DNA from: Pseudobdellovibrionaceae bacterium | GTDB lineage: Bacteria > Bdellovibrionota > Bdellovibrionia > Bdellovibrionales > Bdellovibrionaceae | Direction: 5' to 3' | Assembly: GCA_013359135.1 (NCBI GenBank) | Contig: JABWCN010000002.1 | Span: forward strand, 50,253-114,252 | DNA: 64,000 bases | In this document: piece after piece, positions 1-9,100 of the stretch | Position numbering within the stretch: the first letter of the stretch is position 1 | Layout of the letters: each line of letters opens with the position of its first letter | The notes under the pieces: model-generated | Told to the model about the DNA's origin: nothing | The model's input: only the letters and a program-made list of their open reading frames with translations | Database searches by the model: none | Translations under genes and position numbers: made by a program

Positions 1-1087
1 TTTCTGCATTAGGAATAGCTTTTCCGATTGAGTGAGGTCTTTTATCAATTTCTTCAGGTGGTAAGTAGGTTGAGCGGAAAGATTCAGTTAAGCCATACAT
101 TAAGTATGGCTTTGTTTTTGGAAAAGCAGAGCGTAGTCGCTTAAGAATTTCAGCAGGCATTTTTCCACCAGTATTTGCCAAGTACTTAAGATGTTCTGTC
201 ACTGATTCTGGCCAATTTAGATTAGAAATTTGAATCCATAGTGGAGGAACGGCTGTGAGTCCGGTAACTTTTTCTTTTGTTACAACACTGAGTATATCAT
301 TGGGTAAGATATAATTTAGTAAAATAACAGTGGCACCTACGTGAAAAGCTGTAGTGATTTGACTAAATCCAGCGTCAAATGACAGTGGAAGTGCAGCCAG
401 AATAATATCTTCATTGGTATTGTTTAAGTAAGAGGCAACATTTTTAGCTCCAAAAATCATATTCCTATGTGAAAGTACTACTCCTTTAGGTTTTCCAGTA
501 CTTCCTGAAGTATAGAAAATACTTACAGCATCAATATCAATTTGAGGAACCAATGAGAACTCTGTATTCAGGGGTGCTATATTGGTTGGTATCTCGTAAA
601 GTTCTGTTTCATTCCATGAAGACAAAGATATTTTTTCAAAAATTTCTTTGTGAGCTAGTGTTAGTCTTTTGATGTCTTCAATTGTTGAATCAGTTAAGAT
701 TATTTTTGATAAACCTGAGAGTTTCTTTAAAGAAGATAATAGTGGTTCAATCCTTTGAATAGAGGTAATAAGGACCTTACTGCCAGAGTCTTGAAGAATG
801 TGAAATACTTGGTCTTGTTTTAGAATAGGATTTATTGGAATAAACATGTTGCCAGAGCATGAAGCTGCAAAACACGAAATTACAAACTCGAAACGCTTCT
901 CTAAAAAAATCGCAACTCTTTGTTGGTTGATAATTCTTTCACTAAGTAAGTACTGACCTAATGAAATCACCTTGAGTGCTAACTCTTTGTAGGTCATTTT
1001 TAACTCTTTGTCTTTTAGTGCCACATTCGTTGGGTGATTTTGTAGTGTCTGAAAAATAAGGTGGTGTAATAAAAAACTTGTTTTCAT
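1..1087 (-). CDS. AMP-dependent acyl-CoA synthetase/ligase, partial; the C-terminal part lies beyond the window start
   Basis: ATG at 1085-1087 (minus) followed by a hand-translated N-terminus MKTSFLLHHLIFQTL... The ORF is open to position 1, so no stop within the window. It contains the AMP-binding P-loop-like motif YTSGSTGKPKGVVLSH. It is not in the ORF track because it is truncated. Confidence 0.6.
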   Translation of the reverse strand, partial: MKTSFLLHHLIFQTLQNHPTNVALKDKELKMTYKELALKVISLGQYLLSERIINQQRVAIFLEKRFEFVISCFAASCSGNMFIPINPILKQDQVFHILQDSGSKVLITSIQRIEPLLSSLKKLSGLSKIILTDSTIEDIKRLTLAHKEIFEKISLSSWNETELYEIPTNIAPLNTEFSLVPQIDIDAVSIFYTSGSTGKPKGVVLSHRNMIFGAKNVASYLNNTNEDIILAALPLSFDAGFSQITTAFHVGATVILLNYILPNDILSVVTKEKVTGLTAVPPLWIQISNLNWPESVTEHLKYLANTGGKMPAEILKRLRSAFPKTKPYLMYGLTESFRSTYLPPEEIDKRPHSIGKAIPNAE

Positions 1088-1110
1088 AGAAATAAATCCT
1101 TATTTAAGTA

Positions 1111-1740
1111 TTAATTCCATTTTCTTGCGGGATTTCCTTTCCATGTTTCACCAGCAGGAATATGAGTTCCTGGATTAACCATGGAGCCAATCGCTACAGA
1201 GACATCCTCTTCGATGATTGTATTAGGAAAAACAACTGAATAAACTCCAATTGTAGAGTTTCTCTTTATTTTAACTTTTCCAAGATGAAGTTTGTCGTGT
1301 TGAATGTAGTTTCCGGAAATAAGTGTTCCATGACCTAAAACTACATTATCTTCCAATTCAATAAAATAAGGAGAATCAATTTTTCCTCCTATAGCAACAT
1401 TTTTTCCTATTTTTGCCCCAAATAACTTTGCTATAATTGGAGCAAAAGCAGCTTGATTTAAAAGGAATAATGATTTTTCAGCGATGTAATGAATCATTGT
1501 GACTAATTTCCAGTAAGTAAATTCAGCACTATCCATTGAGTAAATTCCTTCTTTCAATGGATATATTTTCAAAAATAAGCGCAGAAAAAATCCCGAAAAA
1601 AAACCATAGCTGCAAAAAAAAATTAAAATGTTGAGTGTGTATGAGTAAAATTTAAAAAACTCAAGTGTGATGGGTGCTAATAAAATAAAGGAAAAGTATC
1701 CAGCCATGAAACTTATAAAAAGAATTGAAATTCCAGTCAA
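1111..1740 (-). CDS. hexapeptide-repeat (left-handed beta-helix) acyltransferase with N-terminal transmembrane segments
   Basis: 209 aa. The first ~90 aa are hydrophobic. The C-terminal half has imperfect hexapeptide repeats (IGKNVAIGGKI..., VVLGHGTLISGN...) typical of sugar/sialate O-acetyltransferases. It sits 23 bp downstream of the acyl-CoA ligase on the same strand. Confidence 0.55.
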   Translation of the reverse strand: MTGISILFISFMAGYFSFILLAPITLEFFKFYSYTLNILIFFCSYGFFSGFFLRLFLKIYPLKEGIYSMDSAEFTYWKLVTMIHYIAEKSLFLLNQAAFAPIIAKLFGAKIGKNVAIGGKIDSPYFIELEDNVVLGHGTLISGNYIQHDKLHLGKVKIKRNSTIGVYSVVFPNTIIEEDVSVAIGSMVNPGTHIPAGETWKGNPARKWN

Positions 1741-2075
1741 AATAAAATCGATAATTGATATTTTGATAATAACTCCTATTTTTATCCACAGGTGAAAGAT
1801 GTCTTAGAATAAGTCATTCAAATAATTTCATATTTATTGTCCTAGTTTATTTAAAAAATAATTTAAAAGTTGTTACTTTGTAACTTATTTATCCTATCAA
1901 ATGGTAACACTAGACTAAAGAAGATGGTAAATTTTTAATTAAAGAAACTAATGTTTTGAGCTAAGAAATGATTCAAATTAGTACGTTTCTGATATGTTTC
2001 GTTTCATTAATAGACTTAAGTCGATAAATTTATGAGTTTTTCAGAGCTTCAATTATACTAGACTTGAGGCCAGCT

Positions 2076-2696
2076 ATGAAATTTGATAGTTTAGTAAAAT
2101 TAGTAGTGCTTATTTTCTCTTCGACACTTGTTGTGTTTTCCTTTCAGAATTGTGCAAATAGCAAAAGCTTATCACAGATCAACAATGACCAAGTATCTGC
2201 TGTTAATGAACTTACGTCTTCTGGTGCACACGGAACATCAGATTTAGAATCAAGTAAATTAACTCAAATGGATTTTTCTAAGGCTACCCATTTATTTTTG
2301 CAATTAGATTCTATATATTCACAAATAAGTACGAGGTCTAAGCCAAGTGTAAATATAAATTTGCAAAACGGTGAAATTAGAAGTGTGACTCAGGAGGGTG
2401 AAGTTAATAGTCCTATTCGTTGGTGTTTACTTAAAGACGAGCTAGAAGAATTAAAAGCAATATTGGAGACTTCAAAAATCTGTAAGCCAACAAATATGAT
2501 TAATAATAGTCAAGTTTGTACTCAAGTGTATATCTATCCTTATGCAAAGATAGAACTTCCAGGTGAAGAGGTTGTTAAGCTTGGAGAGAAATCAGGCTGT
2601 AGTACTGGAATTGACCTTTGTGAGCAGCATAGAAATGCTATGAATGGTTTTATTTCTTATCTATCATCGCATCTTGAGTACAGAAAATGTCTTTAA
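2076..2696 (+). CDS. secreted cysteine-containing hypothetical protein with an FQNC motif after the signal peptide
   Basis: The track ORF starts at a TTG (2064). ATG at 2076 has GAGG 5 nt upstream and gives MKFDSLVKLVVLIFSSTLVVFSFQNC... The signal peptide ends in FQNC. There are 7 Cys in the mature part. I recognise no domain. Confidence 0.45.
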   Translation: MKFDSLVKLVVLIFSSTLVVFSFQNCANSKSLSQINNDQVSAVNELTSSGAHGTSDLESSKLTQMDFSKATHLFLQLDSIYSQISTRSKPSVNINLQNGEIRSVTQEGEVNSPIRWCLLKDELEELKAILETSKICKPTNMINNSQVCTQVYIYPYAKIELPGEEVVKLGEKSGCSTGIDLCEQHRNAMNGFISYLSSHLEYRKCL

Positions 2697-2710
2697 CACT
2701 CATGGCTACT

Positions 2711-3025
2711 TTATCTAGAAATAAAATCTAAAATCTCTGTTTTGTCTTTTTCTGGATGGCAAATAATCACTGTTTGTGTTGTGCTGTTGTCTGAATCAAT
2801 GACAGCGATTGCCTGTTCTCCCTTTGGACAAGCTCCAAGACAGCTTGAAGTCATCACTCTTATTTCTTTGCTTAGGCTTTTGCTCCTAAGTTCAGCTTTA
2901 AGATAGTTTTTCAAGTTTTCAGCTACATTTTCAGTATTTGAAAGTTCAGATGGCGCTATTTCTTTACTACATTTAGTGCAAACAAATACCGCACGTTTAC
3001 TCCATGATGTAACTTCTTTTTTCAT
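2711..3025 (-). CDS. thioredoxin-like [2Fe-2S] ferredoxin family protein
   Basis: 104 aa with a CTKC ... CLGACPKG pattern (CxxC ... CxxxCP), typical of thioredoxin-like 2Fe-2S ferredoxins. It is the last gene of the men operon strand. Confidence 0.45.
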   Translation of the reverse strand: MKKEVTSWSKRAVFVCTKCSKEIAPSELSNTENVAENLKNYLKAELRSKSLSKEIRVMTSSCLGACPKGEQAIAVIDSDNSTTQTVIICHPEKDKTEILDFISR

Positions 3026-4238
3026 TTATTAACTCCTTGTATGTAGAGGTATTAAACTCGCTCAATTTTAGCTTGCCAATCTCAGTGAGTGGAAACTTAT
3101 CAGTTAATACATAACTGAATATTTTTTCAAAAGGAAGAACCGAATTGTTGAATAAGTTTAAAATTTTATTAATAGATTTATTTATGTTTTGCTGTGGTTT
3201 AGCTTCAAAGAAAGCTATTAATTCTGATCCATCTCTCTGGTGAGGGATTTCAATAATGGTTGAGTTGGTGATGGAAGGTAAAAAATCAATGCTTAAACTA
3301 TTCAGTCTTTGTCTAAGTAAAAATAAATTTATAAGTTCACCTTTTATTTTGGTAAAGTCAGAACCTCTTCCTATAAAAGAGATTTTTCCTTGAGAAGTTA
3401 AAGAAACGATATCTTCAGTTTGCCAAAAGTTATCAAAGAGTTTTGGAAATTCAAAATCAATATTTCCATTGTCGCCTTCTTTCAGAGTACAAGTATAAAG
3501 TGTATTGCAATTAATAGTTAATTTACTTTCAGAGTTTGTGCTAATTTTTATCTCGTTAAATGGAGTGAATAAATTTTCTTTGCTATCACTGTAAGCTATC
3601 ATGCTACTTGTTTCAGTCATACCATATGTTTTTATGAGTGGCCATCCAAGCTGTGTGGCTTTAATAAAAATAGTTTCATCAAGATGGCCACCACCTACAA
3701 ATACTTTTTTAATAGAGACAGGAGCTTGCAAAACTTTTTGTACAATATCAAAAACTTGTGTTGGGACTAAAGAGCAATAGTTGATTTTATAATCTGTAAT
3801 TATTTTAGAAAAAAGCGCTAAATCCCATTTCTCAAAAGCAAATGTTCTTTGTTTAAAAAGGTGGCTTCTGGCTAAAATGGATAATCCACCTATGTGGTGG
3901 CAAGGTAAACTAGTTAACCAATTTTCATTCTTTTTAAAGGAGAAGTGTTGCCCAACCATATGTGCTGAATTTAAAATTGCCATTTTTTTTAAAGCAACAA
4001 GCTTAATTTTAAAAGAAGTCGTACCTGAGCTTGCTAAAAGTATGAAAGAGTCTCCCATGGAAAGTGGGTTTTCTTCAAAAAAAATATTAATTTTATTGGT
4101 CAGAGAATTTGCTGTCAAAGTTGATAGTTTCTGATTTAGTATGATATAGTTTTTTTTATCATCGAAAATTGATGGTTCAATATTATTTTTTTGAATTAAT
4201 TCGATTTTCATTAACACTCTATTGTTGAAAGTTTCCAT
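2997..4238 (-). CDS. menE: AMP-binding enzyme, probable o-succinylbenzoate--CoA ligase (MenE-like)
   Basis: It has a degenerate AMP-binding motif (ASSGTTSFKIKLV), a YGMTETS motif and a C-terminal conserved Lys region. It is directly downstream of menC/menA/menB on the same strand. The true start is probably ATG at 4210 (TAATG overlap with the menC stop). Confidence 0.5.
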   Translation of the reverse strand: METFNNRVLMKIELIQKNNIEPSIFDDKKNYIILNQKLSTLTANSLTNKINIFFEENPLSMGDSFILLASSGTTSFKIKLVALKKMAILNSAHMVGQHFSFKKNENWLTSLPCHHIGGLSILARSHLFKQRTFAFEKWDLALFSKIITDYKINYCSLVPTQVFDIVQKVLQAPVSIKKVFVGGGHLDETIFIKATQLGWPLIKTYGMTETSSMIAYSDSKENLFTPFNEIKISTNSESKLTINCNTLYTCTLKEGDNGNIDFEFPKLFDNFWQTEDIVSLTSQGKISFIGRGSDFTKIKGELINLFLLRQRLNSLSIDFLPSITNSTIIEIPHQRDGSELIAFFEAKPQQNINKSINKILNLFNNSVLPFEKIFSYVLTDKFPLTEIGKLKLSEFNTSTYKELINEKRSYIME

Positions 4239-5227
4239 TCTTGCTGGTTTAAATAAAAGATCATTTTGTTAAAACTGTTCTGATCTGCTAAGAATTCAGC
4301 CTTTAAAAAAGGAAGAAGTTCTATATTCGAGTTTTGATACAAGTGATGCGTATAAAAACCTGGGGTTTGGATAATATTTGGAAAATGATTTTTAAAGATA
4401 GAGTGGATGAAATAGGTTTTCCAAGTACCCAAAAAAGAATCCATCATGTTAGTAAAAACTATTTTTTTATTATTTCTTATTGCCTCAAGGACGAATGAAA
4501 AGTGGTAAGGACGAGCAGTTTTACATACCAAATAATCAAAGCAGCTGAGCAGCTCTTTGTTGTTTTCTAATTTACTGTTCAGAGAGTCTAATGCTAATGG
4601 AAATAGTTTTTTTAACTCAAACCACTGTTTAATATCAAACGGACAAGGATCTTCAAGGTATTCCAAATAAGGAATTTTTTTTAATTTTTCTTTAGCATCA
4701 ACAAGAGTTTTAAAATTCTGGCAGGAGTTAAAATCTAATCTAATAGTACACCAATTTAAATTATGTCGAAGTATTTTCTTAATTTCTTCTTCAAAATTTT
4801 TAGTTATTTTTAATTTTAAAACGTCGAATCCTTGTGCATTTACTTTTTCAATTTCAGTATTAAATGAATTGGTCATTGGCGTAAAAACATAGTTGGATCT
4901 AACAGATTTAAAAGAAAAATTAGTTAATAACTGGTGAGTTTTAACTTCCTTTAGGAAATTATCTTCGCTATTGATAAGTGAGTTTACAAACTTAGAAATC
5001 CTCGCGCCTTGATTTAAGACGGAAGATTGTTTTAGTTCCTCATCTCCAAGTTCAGGCCAATGAATGTAATCAAAAAATCCCGATAGAAATTGTTCAATAT
5101 CTGTCATCAGACAAGACGGAGTTATTTTTACCCAGAGGCCATGTCTGTTTCCTGGTCTTACTGTTAGGGAGTTAAGCTCAGATTTAGGTGTTAAGTAATA
5201 GTTTTTAAAACTAGTTTTTAATTCCAT
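4211..5227 (-). CDS. menC: o-succinylbenzoate synthase (enolase superfamily, MenC-like)
   Basis: 338 aa. Enolase-superfamily landmarks appear in MenC-like order: KxK (LKLKI), RLDFN, LEYLEDPCP, ALDS. It sits between menA and menE and overlaps menA by 10 bp. Confidence 0.5.
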   Translation of the reverse strand: MELKTSFKNYYLTPKSELNSLTVRPGNRHGLWVKITPSCLMTDIEQFLSGFFDYIHWPELGDEELKQSSVLNQGARISKFVNSLINSEDNFLKEVKTHQLLTNFSFKSVRSNYVFTPMTNSFNTEIEKVNAQGFDVLKLKITKNFEEEIKKILRHNLNWCTIRLDFNSCQNFKTLVDAKEKLKKIPYLEYLEDPCPFDIKQWFELKKLFPLALDSLNSKLENNKELLSCFDYLVCKTARPYHFSFVLEAIRNNKKIVFTNMMDSFLGTWKTYFIHSIFKNHFPNIIQTPGFYTHHLYQNSNIELLPFLKAEFLADQNSFNKMIFYLNQQEWKLSTIEC

Positions 5228-6135
5228 TTCAAAGAAAATCCAAGGCTAATAAGCAGTCCAAATAGAAGATGTAAAGCGGCGGCTTGTGCTAAAAAATTAT
5301 TATAAATAGGACCAGGCTCGCGTAACTTTATATTTTTAAAAAGTTTAATAGCAAGGGGAACTGTTAGTAGTGGGAAAAAAAAAGACAAATAGTCATGTGT
5401 ACTAAGCCAATAAATACCAAGAAGGAAAGGAGATAAAATTAAAAAATAAATTTCTTGTTTTGCATGTTTTTCTCCAAGTCTAACTGCTAAAGTCAGTTTA
5501 TTGACTTTTTTATCTCCGTTAAGATCTCTCAGATTATTAATTGCTATTAGAATAGTTGCTAATAATCCAATCTGTAAACCTAAAATAAAACTTCCGACGT
5601 CAATAGTTTTGGCATGCAGGAATATCATCCCACAGACAGCGACCAGACCAAAAAAAATAATGACAAATAAATCCCCAAGCCCTTTATAAGCTAGTGGATA
5701 AGGGCCCGCTGTATAACCGTATCCTAAGAGGATTGAAAGTACACCGATTATAACAATAGGGAGCCCACCTGACATCACTAAAGGTAAACCAAATAAAGCA
5801 GAAAGAGCAAAGCTCAGCGACCCAAGACTGAGAACTACTTTATAACTCAAGACTCCAGATTGAGTGATTCTTTGTGGACCTATTCTTTCTTTGGTATCAG
5901 CACCTTTTTTGAAATCAATGGCATCATTAATTAAATTTGTTCCAATTTGAATGAAGGTTGCAGATAGGAGTGCGAAAATAAAATACTTTAGGCTCCAAGA
6001 GGCAAAAGTACTTGAAGCATAAGCCGTACCAACCACACATGGAACAAAAGCGGCTGTTAATGTTTTTGGGCGAAATGCTAAAAGTACACTTTTAATTGGT
6101 GATTCTTGGTTCATTGAAAATGAGTTCATGGGCAT
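5218..6135 (-). CDS. menA: 1,4-dihydroxy-2-naphthoate polyprenyltransferase (UbiA family)
   Basis: 305 aa polytopic membrane protein with the NDAIDFKKGADT motif (NDxxDxxxD). It is adjacent to menB. Confidence 0.8.
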   Translation of the reverse strand: MPMNSFSMNQESPIKSVLLAFRPKTLTAAFVPCVVGTAYASSTFASWSLKYFIFALLSATFIQIGTNLINDAIDFKKGADTKERIGPQRITQSGVLSYKVVLSLGSLSFALSALFGLPLVMSGGLPIVIIGVLSILLGYGYTAGPYPLAYKGLGDLFVIIFFGLVAVCGMIFLHAKTIDVGSFILGLQIGLLATILIAINNLRDLNGDKKVNKLTLAVRLGEKHAKQEIYFLILSPFLLGIYWLSTHDYLSFFFPLLTVPLAIKLFKNIKLREPGPIYNNFLAQAAALHLLFGLLISLGFSLKWN

Positions 6136-6146
6136 GATGATAAAAC

Positions 6147-7022
6147 CTATGGTAACCTTGGAAATTTACCGAAATCAGGTTTTCTTTTTTCGACATAGGC
6201 ATTTCTACCTTCTTGAGCTTCTTCACTCATGTAATAAAGTAAAGTGGCATTACCAGCTAAATCTAGAAGACCCATTTGTCCATCACAATCAGCATTTAAA
6301 CAAGCTTTTAAACAACGTAATGATAATGGTGAGTGTTCAAGCATTTCTCTACACCATTTTACGGTCTCGATCTCTAGGTCTTCTAAAGAAACCACATGAT
6401 TCACAAGGCCCATATCTAAAGCTTGTTGTGCATCATATTGTCGACATAAATACCAAATTTCTCTCGCTTTTTTTTGGCCAACAATTCTTGCTAAATAACT
6501 TGAGCCCAAACCGCCATCAAAAGAACCTACCTTTGGTCCTGTTTGTCCAAAGCGAGCATTGTCTGCTGCTATTGAAAGATCGCATACAACGTGAAGAACA
6601 TGTCCCCCACCAATTGAGTAACCCGCTACCATGGCTACTACTGGCTTAGGAAGCTGTCTGATTTGTTTCTGTACATCCAAAATATTTAAACGAGGAATTC
6701 CATCTTTTCCAACGTAACCAGCATCACCACGGACTCGCTGATCTCCTCCAGAACAAAAGGCAAGAGGACCTTCTCCGCACAGTATAATTACACCAATATT
6801 TGGATCTTCTCTAACAATATTGAAGGCCTCTTGGAGTTCGAAAACTGTTTGAGGTCTGAAAGCATTTCTGACTTCAGGTCTATTGATCGTTATTTTCCCG
6901 ATTCCATCTGAGGTTTTTTCTAATTTGATATCGGAAAAGGTCTTAATAGCAGACCATTCAGCACCTGATTTAATTTTTCTATTTGCATGTTTTTGTGTAA
7001 ATTCTTTTGAAGATATAGTCAT
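6147..7022 (-). CDS. menB: 1,4-dihydroxy-2-naphthoyl-CoA synthase (crotonase fold)
   Basis: 291 aa with classical MenB motifs: [48 protein letters not shown]. Confidence 0.9.
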   Translation of the reverse strand: MTISSKEFTQKHANRKIKSGAEWSAIKTFSDIKLEKTSDGIGKITINRPEVRNAFRPQTVFELQEAFNIVREDPNIGVIILCGEGPLAFCSGGDQRVRGDAGYVGKDGIPRLNILDVQKQIRQLPKPVVAMVAGYSIGGGHVLHVVCDLSIAADNARFGQTGPKVGSFDGGLGSSYLARIVGQKKAREIWYLCRQYDAQQALDMGLVNHVVSLEDLEIETVKWCREMLEHSPLSLRCLKACLNADCDGQMGLLDLAGNATLLYYMSEEAQEGRNAYVEKRKPDFGKFPRLP

Positions 7023-7165
7023 AAGCTCCCCACTGGATAAAATGATTTAAAGAATGTATGCAAAAAATCATATTTTCTCAATTAAAAAACTTATGTTATT
7101 TAATAGGGTGTGTTCTCTCGCCTAAAGGGGGTAATCAGTCGAATCAGTTGGTCTACAATTAAATA

Positions 7166-7600
7166 CTATTGTAAGCTTATAATTTTGATTTGGCTTGATG
7201 TTATGGACTGATTTGCTGGAATAAAACCAATTCCACCTTCATTTTGCTCAACAAAGGATATAATTTCTTGGGAAGACTCTGCTTTTTTTGGTGGCAAAGC
7301 TTTTCCGGAAAATAGTTTTAGTCGCCAATCTTGCAAATATTGAGAAAGGGATTGTGACATTACAGTATTGACGAATTGTTCAGTTATTAAATTCGAGTCA
7401 GATGTCCTGATAGGTCTGATTCGAAGATTATCATTCCAAAAGGATCTGTTTCCTGCATAAATTTCTTTGAGGTCACTTATTGAAATCGAGTCGATATTTA
7501 CTTTTGAGTTAACAATTATTGAAAAAGCATGAGATTGAGCAAAGGAGGAAAAAGAAAATGATAAAATCAATAGGAACACCAATCTAAGTTTAATTTTCAC
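7166..7600 (-). CDS. short periplasmic PstS-like (phosphate-binding-protein-like) domain protein
   Basis: 144 aa with a signal peptide. IIVNSKVNIDSISISDLKEIYAGNRSFWND ... GGIGFIPAN resembles the ends of PBP-like phosphate-binding domains, but it is much shorter than a full PstS. Confidence 0.35.
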   Translation of the reverse strand: MKIKLRLVFLLILSFSFSSFAQSHAFSIIVNSKVNIDSISISDLKEIYAGNRSFWNDNLRIRPIRTSDSNLITEQFVNTVMSQSLSQYLQDWRLKLFSGKALPPKKAESSQEIISFVEQNEGGIGFIPANQSITSSQIKIISLQ

Positions 7601-7708
7601 GACTACTCTCCTTGAATCTTAACTTCAATCATTTTTTAAAATAACATGCTTGTCAAATGCTAAAATTAGTTTAAGCTTTTATTATCAAATCATGGAGAAG
7701 ATAATTTT

Positions 7709-8974
7709 ATGCGAAACAACATTATCAGAGCTTACATTAAAGTTGGTGAGAAATCGGATATTTTAGGAGTGATCACTTTGATCAAGAAAACTGTTATGTT
7801 GGTTGCTATCCTACTGACTTGTAATAAGTCCATGGCTTCTGAGGTCGATTGGAAATTCTTTATGTCGACCGCAGTTACTGAGTCAACAAATGGCATCTTG
7901 ACTGACGATGGGGTTTTTCCAACACAGAATGCATCTAGGTTTTCAAAATTAGGTGTCTCTGCATACACTATGATTGATGATCATCTTGATGCCATTGTTA
8001 ATTTAGTATTTAAGCAGAGTAATCTTTATAACAAAATTTATAATCCTGTTGATTATGGAGTTGTTTCCTATCACTTAACAAATAATCTTTCTACATTAAG
8101 ATTTGGTGTGCTACGAGTTCCAGTTTGGTTGATTTCCGATAATTTAGAAGTTGGTATTTTGCACCCTTGGATTCGTCCTCCTATGGAAGTTTATTCCTTA
8201 AACCCATTTAGTAGTTTAAATATGGTTAGCTTTGATAATTCTTTTAATCTTGGTCAAGGAAAGTTAAAAATTGATACCTATGCAGGTGGAGGGGCTTCTG
8301 AAGTTTATCTGCGTGGAAATGTGACAGCTCAGACTAGTGAGGATGTTAGGCTTTATGGAGCTACGCTTTCCTATGAACTGGAAAAATTATTTTTAAGAGC
8401 AAGTTACAATCGAGCTAGTGTGGCTATTGAAGCCGATATCCCTACAAGTACAGTTGTTCCTTCTACTGGAGGTGCCCAATATATGAGAGTGTTTACTCCA
8501 ATGAAATGGGATCTAGGATGGACTAACTTTACTTCTCTTGGTTTGAAAACTGAATTGGGACGTTTTATTCTTTGGGCGGAGTATGCTTCTGAAAAGTCAG
8601 AGAGAGTGATTAACATTAAATCCGCTGCCTATGCAACTTTGGGGTATCAGATTATTAATAATAAATTATCAGTTCACTTCACACATTCTAAAGAGCTAGA
8701 GGCCGATCACTCTTTACATCAAGCTTATAAATACACAGTCGTGGGTAGTGTTAAAGGTAAACAGTACACAAATACTTTGGGTATAAATTATTTCTTGAAC
8801 AATTATACTTCACTTAAAATTGATGTCTCTGAGTCTAGATTTTACGATGGTGGATTTGATTTTTCAGACTATTATCCAGCGCAAGCTTCAGGAAATAATT
8901 TCCCAGTACCTGGCGAAAATGGAGTTCCAGATAAAGCAAATTTATACTCTGCTTCTATTGATGTGTCTTTTTGA
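7709..8974 (+). CDS. outer-membrane beta-barrel protein (porin-like), C-terminal Phe
   Basis: 421 aa with alternating amphipathic beta-strand pattern, aromatic girdle residues and terminal ...IDVSF. An RBS precedes 7709. An alternative start at 7796 would give a typical signal peptide MLVAILLTCNKSMA. Confidence 0.5.
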   Translation: MRNNIIRAYIKVGEKSDILGVITLIKKTVMLVAILLTCNKSMASEVDWKFFMSTAVTESTNGILTDDGVFPTQNASRFSKLGVSAYTMIDDHLDAIVNLVFKQSNLYNKIYNPVDYGVVSYHLTNNLSTLRFGVLRVPVWLISDNLEVGILHPWIRPPMEVYSLNPFSSLNMVSFDNSFNLGQGKLKIDTYAGGGASEVYLRGNVTAQTSEDVRLYGATLSYELEKLFLRASYNRASVAIEADIPTSTVVPSTGGAQYMRVFTPMKWDLGWTNFTSLGLKTELGRFILWAEYASEKSERVINIKSAAYATLGYQIINNKLSVHFTHSKELEADHSLHQAYKYTVVGSVKGKQYTNTLGINYFLNNYTSLKIDVSESRFYDGGFDFSDYYPAQASGNNFPVPGENGVPDKANLYSASIDVSF

Positions 8975-9100
8975 TGTAAAGCCTATTTTGACTAGTGAAA
9001 TTTTTCGTATCAAAGTGAAACATTTTGTCGATATTTGATTGTTTTTTTTATAAATCATGAAATTTCATGATTTTTTTGTTATTTTACCGATATTAAAAGG

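Noticed and set aside
3877-4134. 85-aa plus-strand ORF inside the MenE-like gene. The same pattern holds for the other short ORFs nested in or antisense to confident genes: 5501-5689, 7732-7968, 8404-8616, 8820-9038, 10138-10347, 10365-10559, 13309-13509, 13706-13915, 13956-14183, 14663-14845, 15903-16091, 17487-17669, 17797-17979, 18478-18669, 19852-20034, 24566-24904, 25464-25754, 26281-26655, 27539-27736, 28739-29002, 29556-29747, 30607-30789, 33679-33861, 35152-35349, 36207-36401, 40959-41150, 41599-41814, 41888-42076, 44344-44595, 45126-45335, 51822-52049, 53207-53455, 56277-56462 and 58444-58632.
   Set aside because: All lie within or antisense to well-supported genes. They lack RBSs and domains. 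They are expected by chance in AT-rich DNA.
6128-6649. 173-aa plus-strand ORF entirely inside menB
   Set aside because: It overlaps the high-confidence minus-strand MenB coding sequence. It has low-complexity, His-rich composition and no RBS. It is an antisense artefact.
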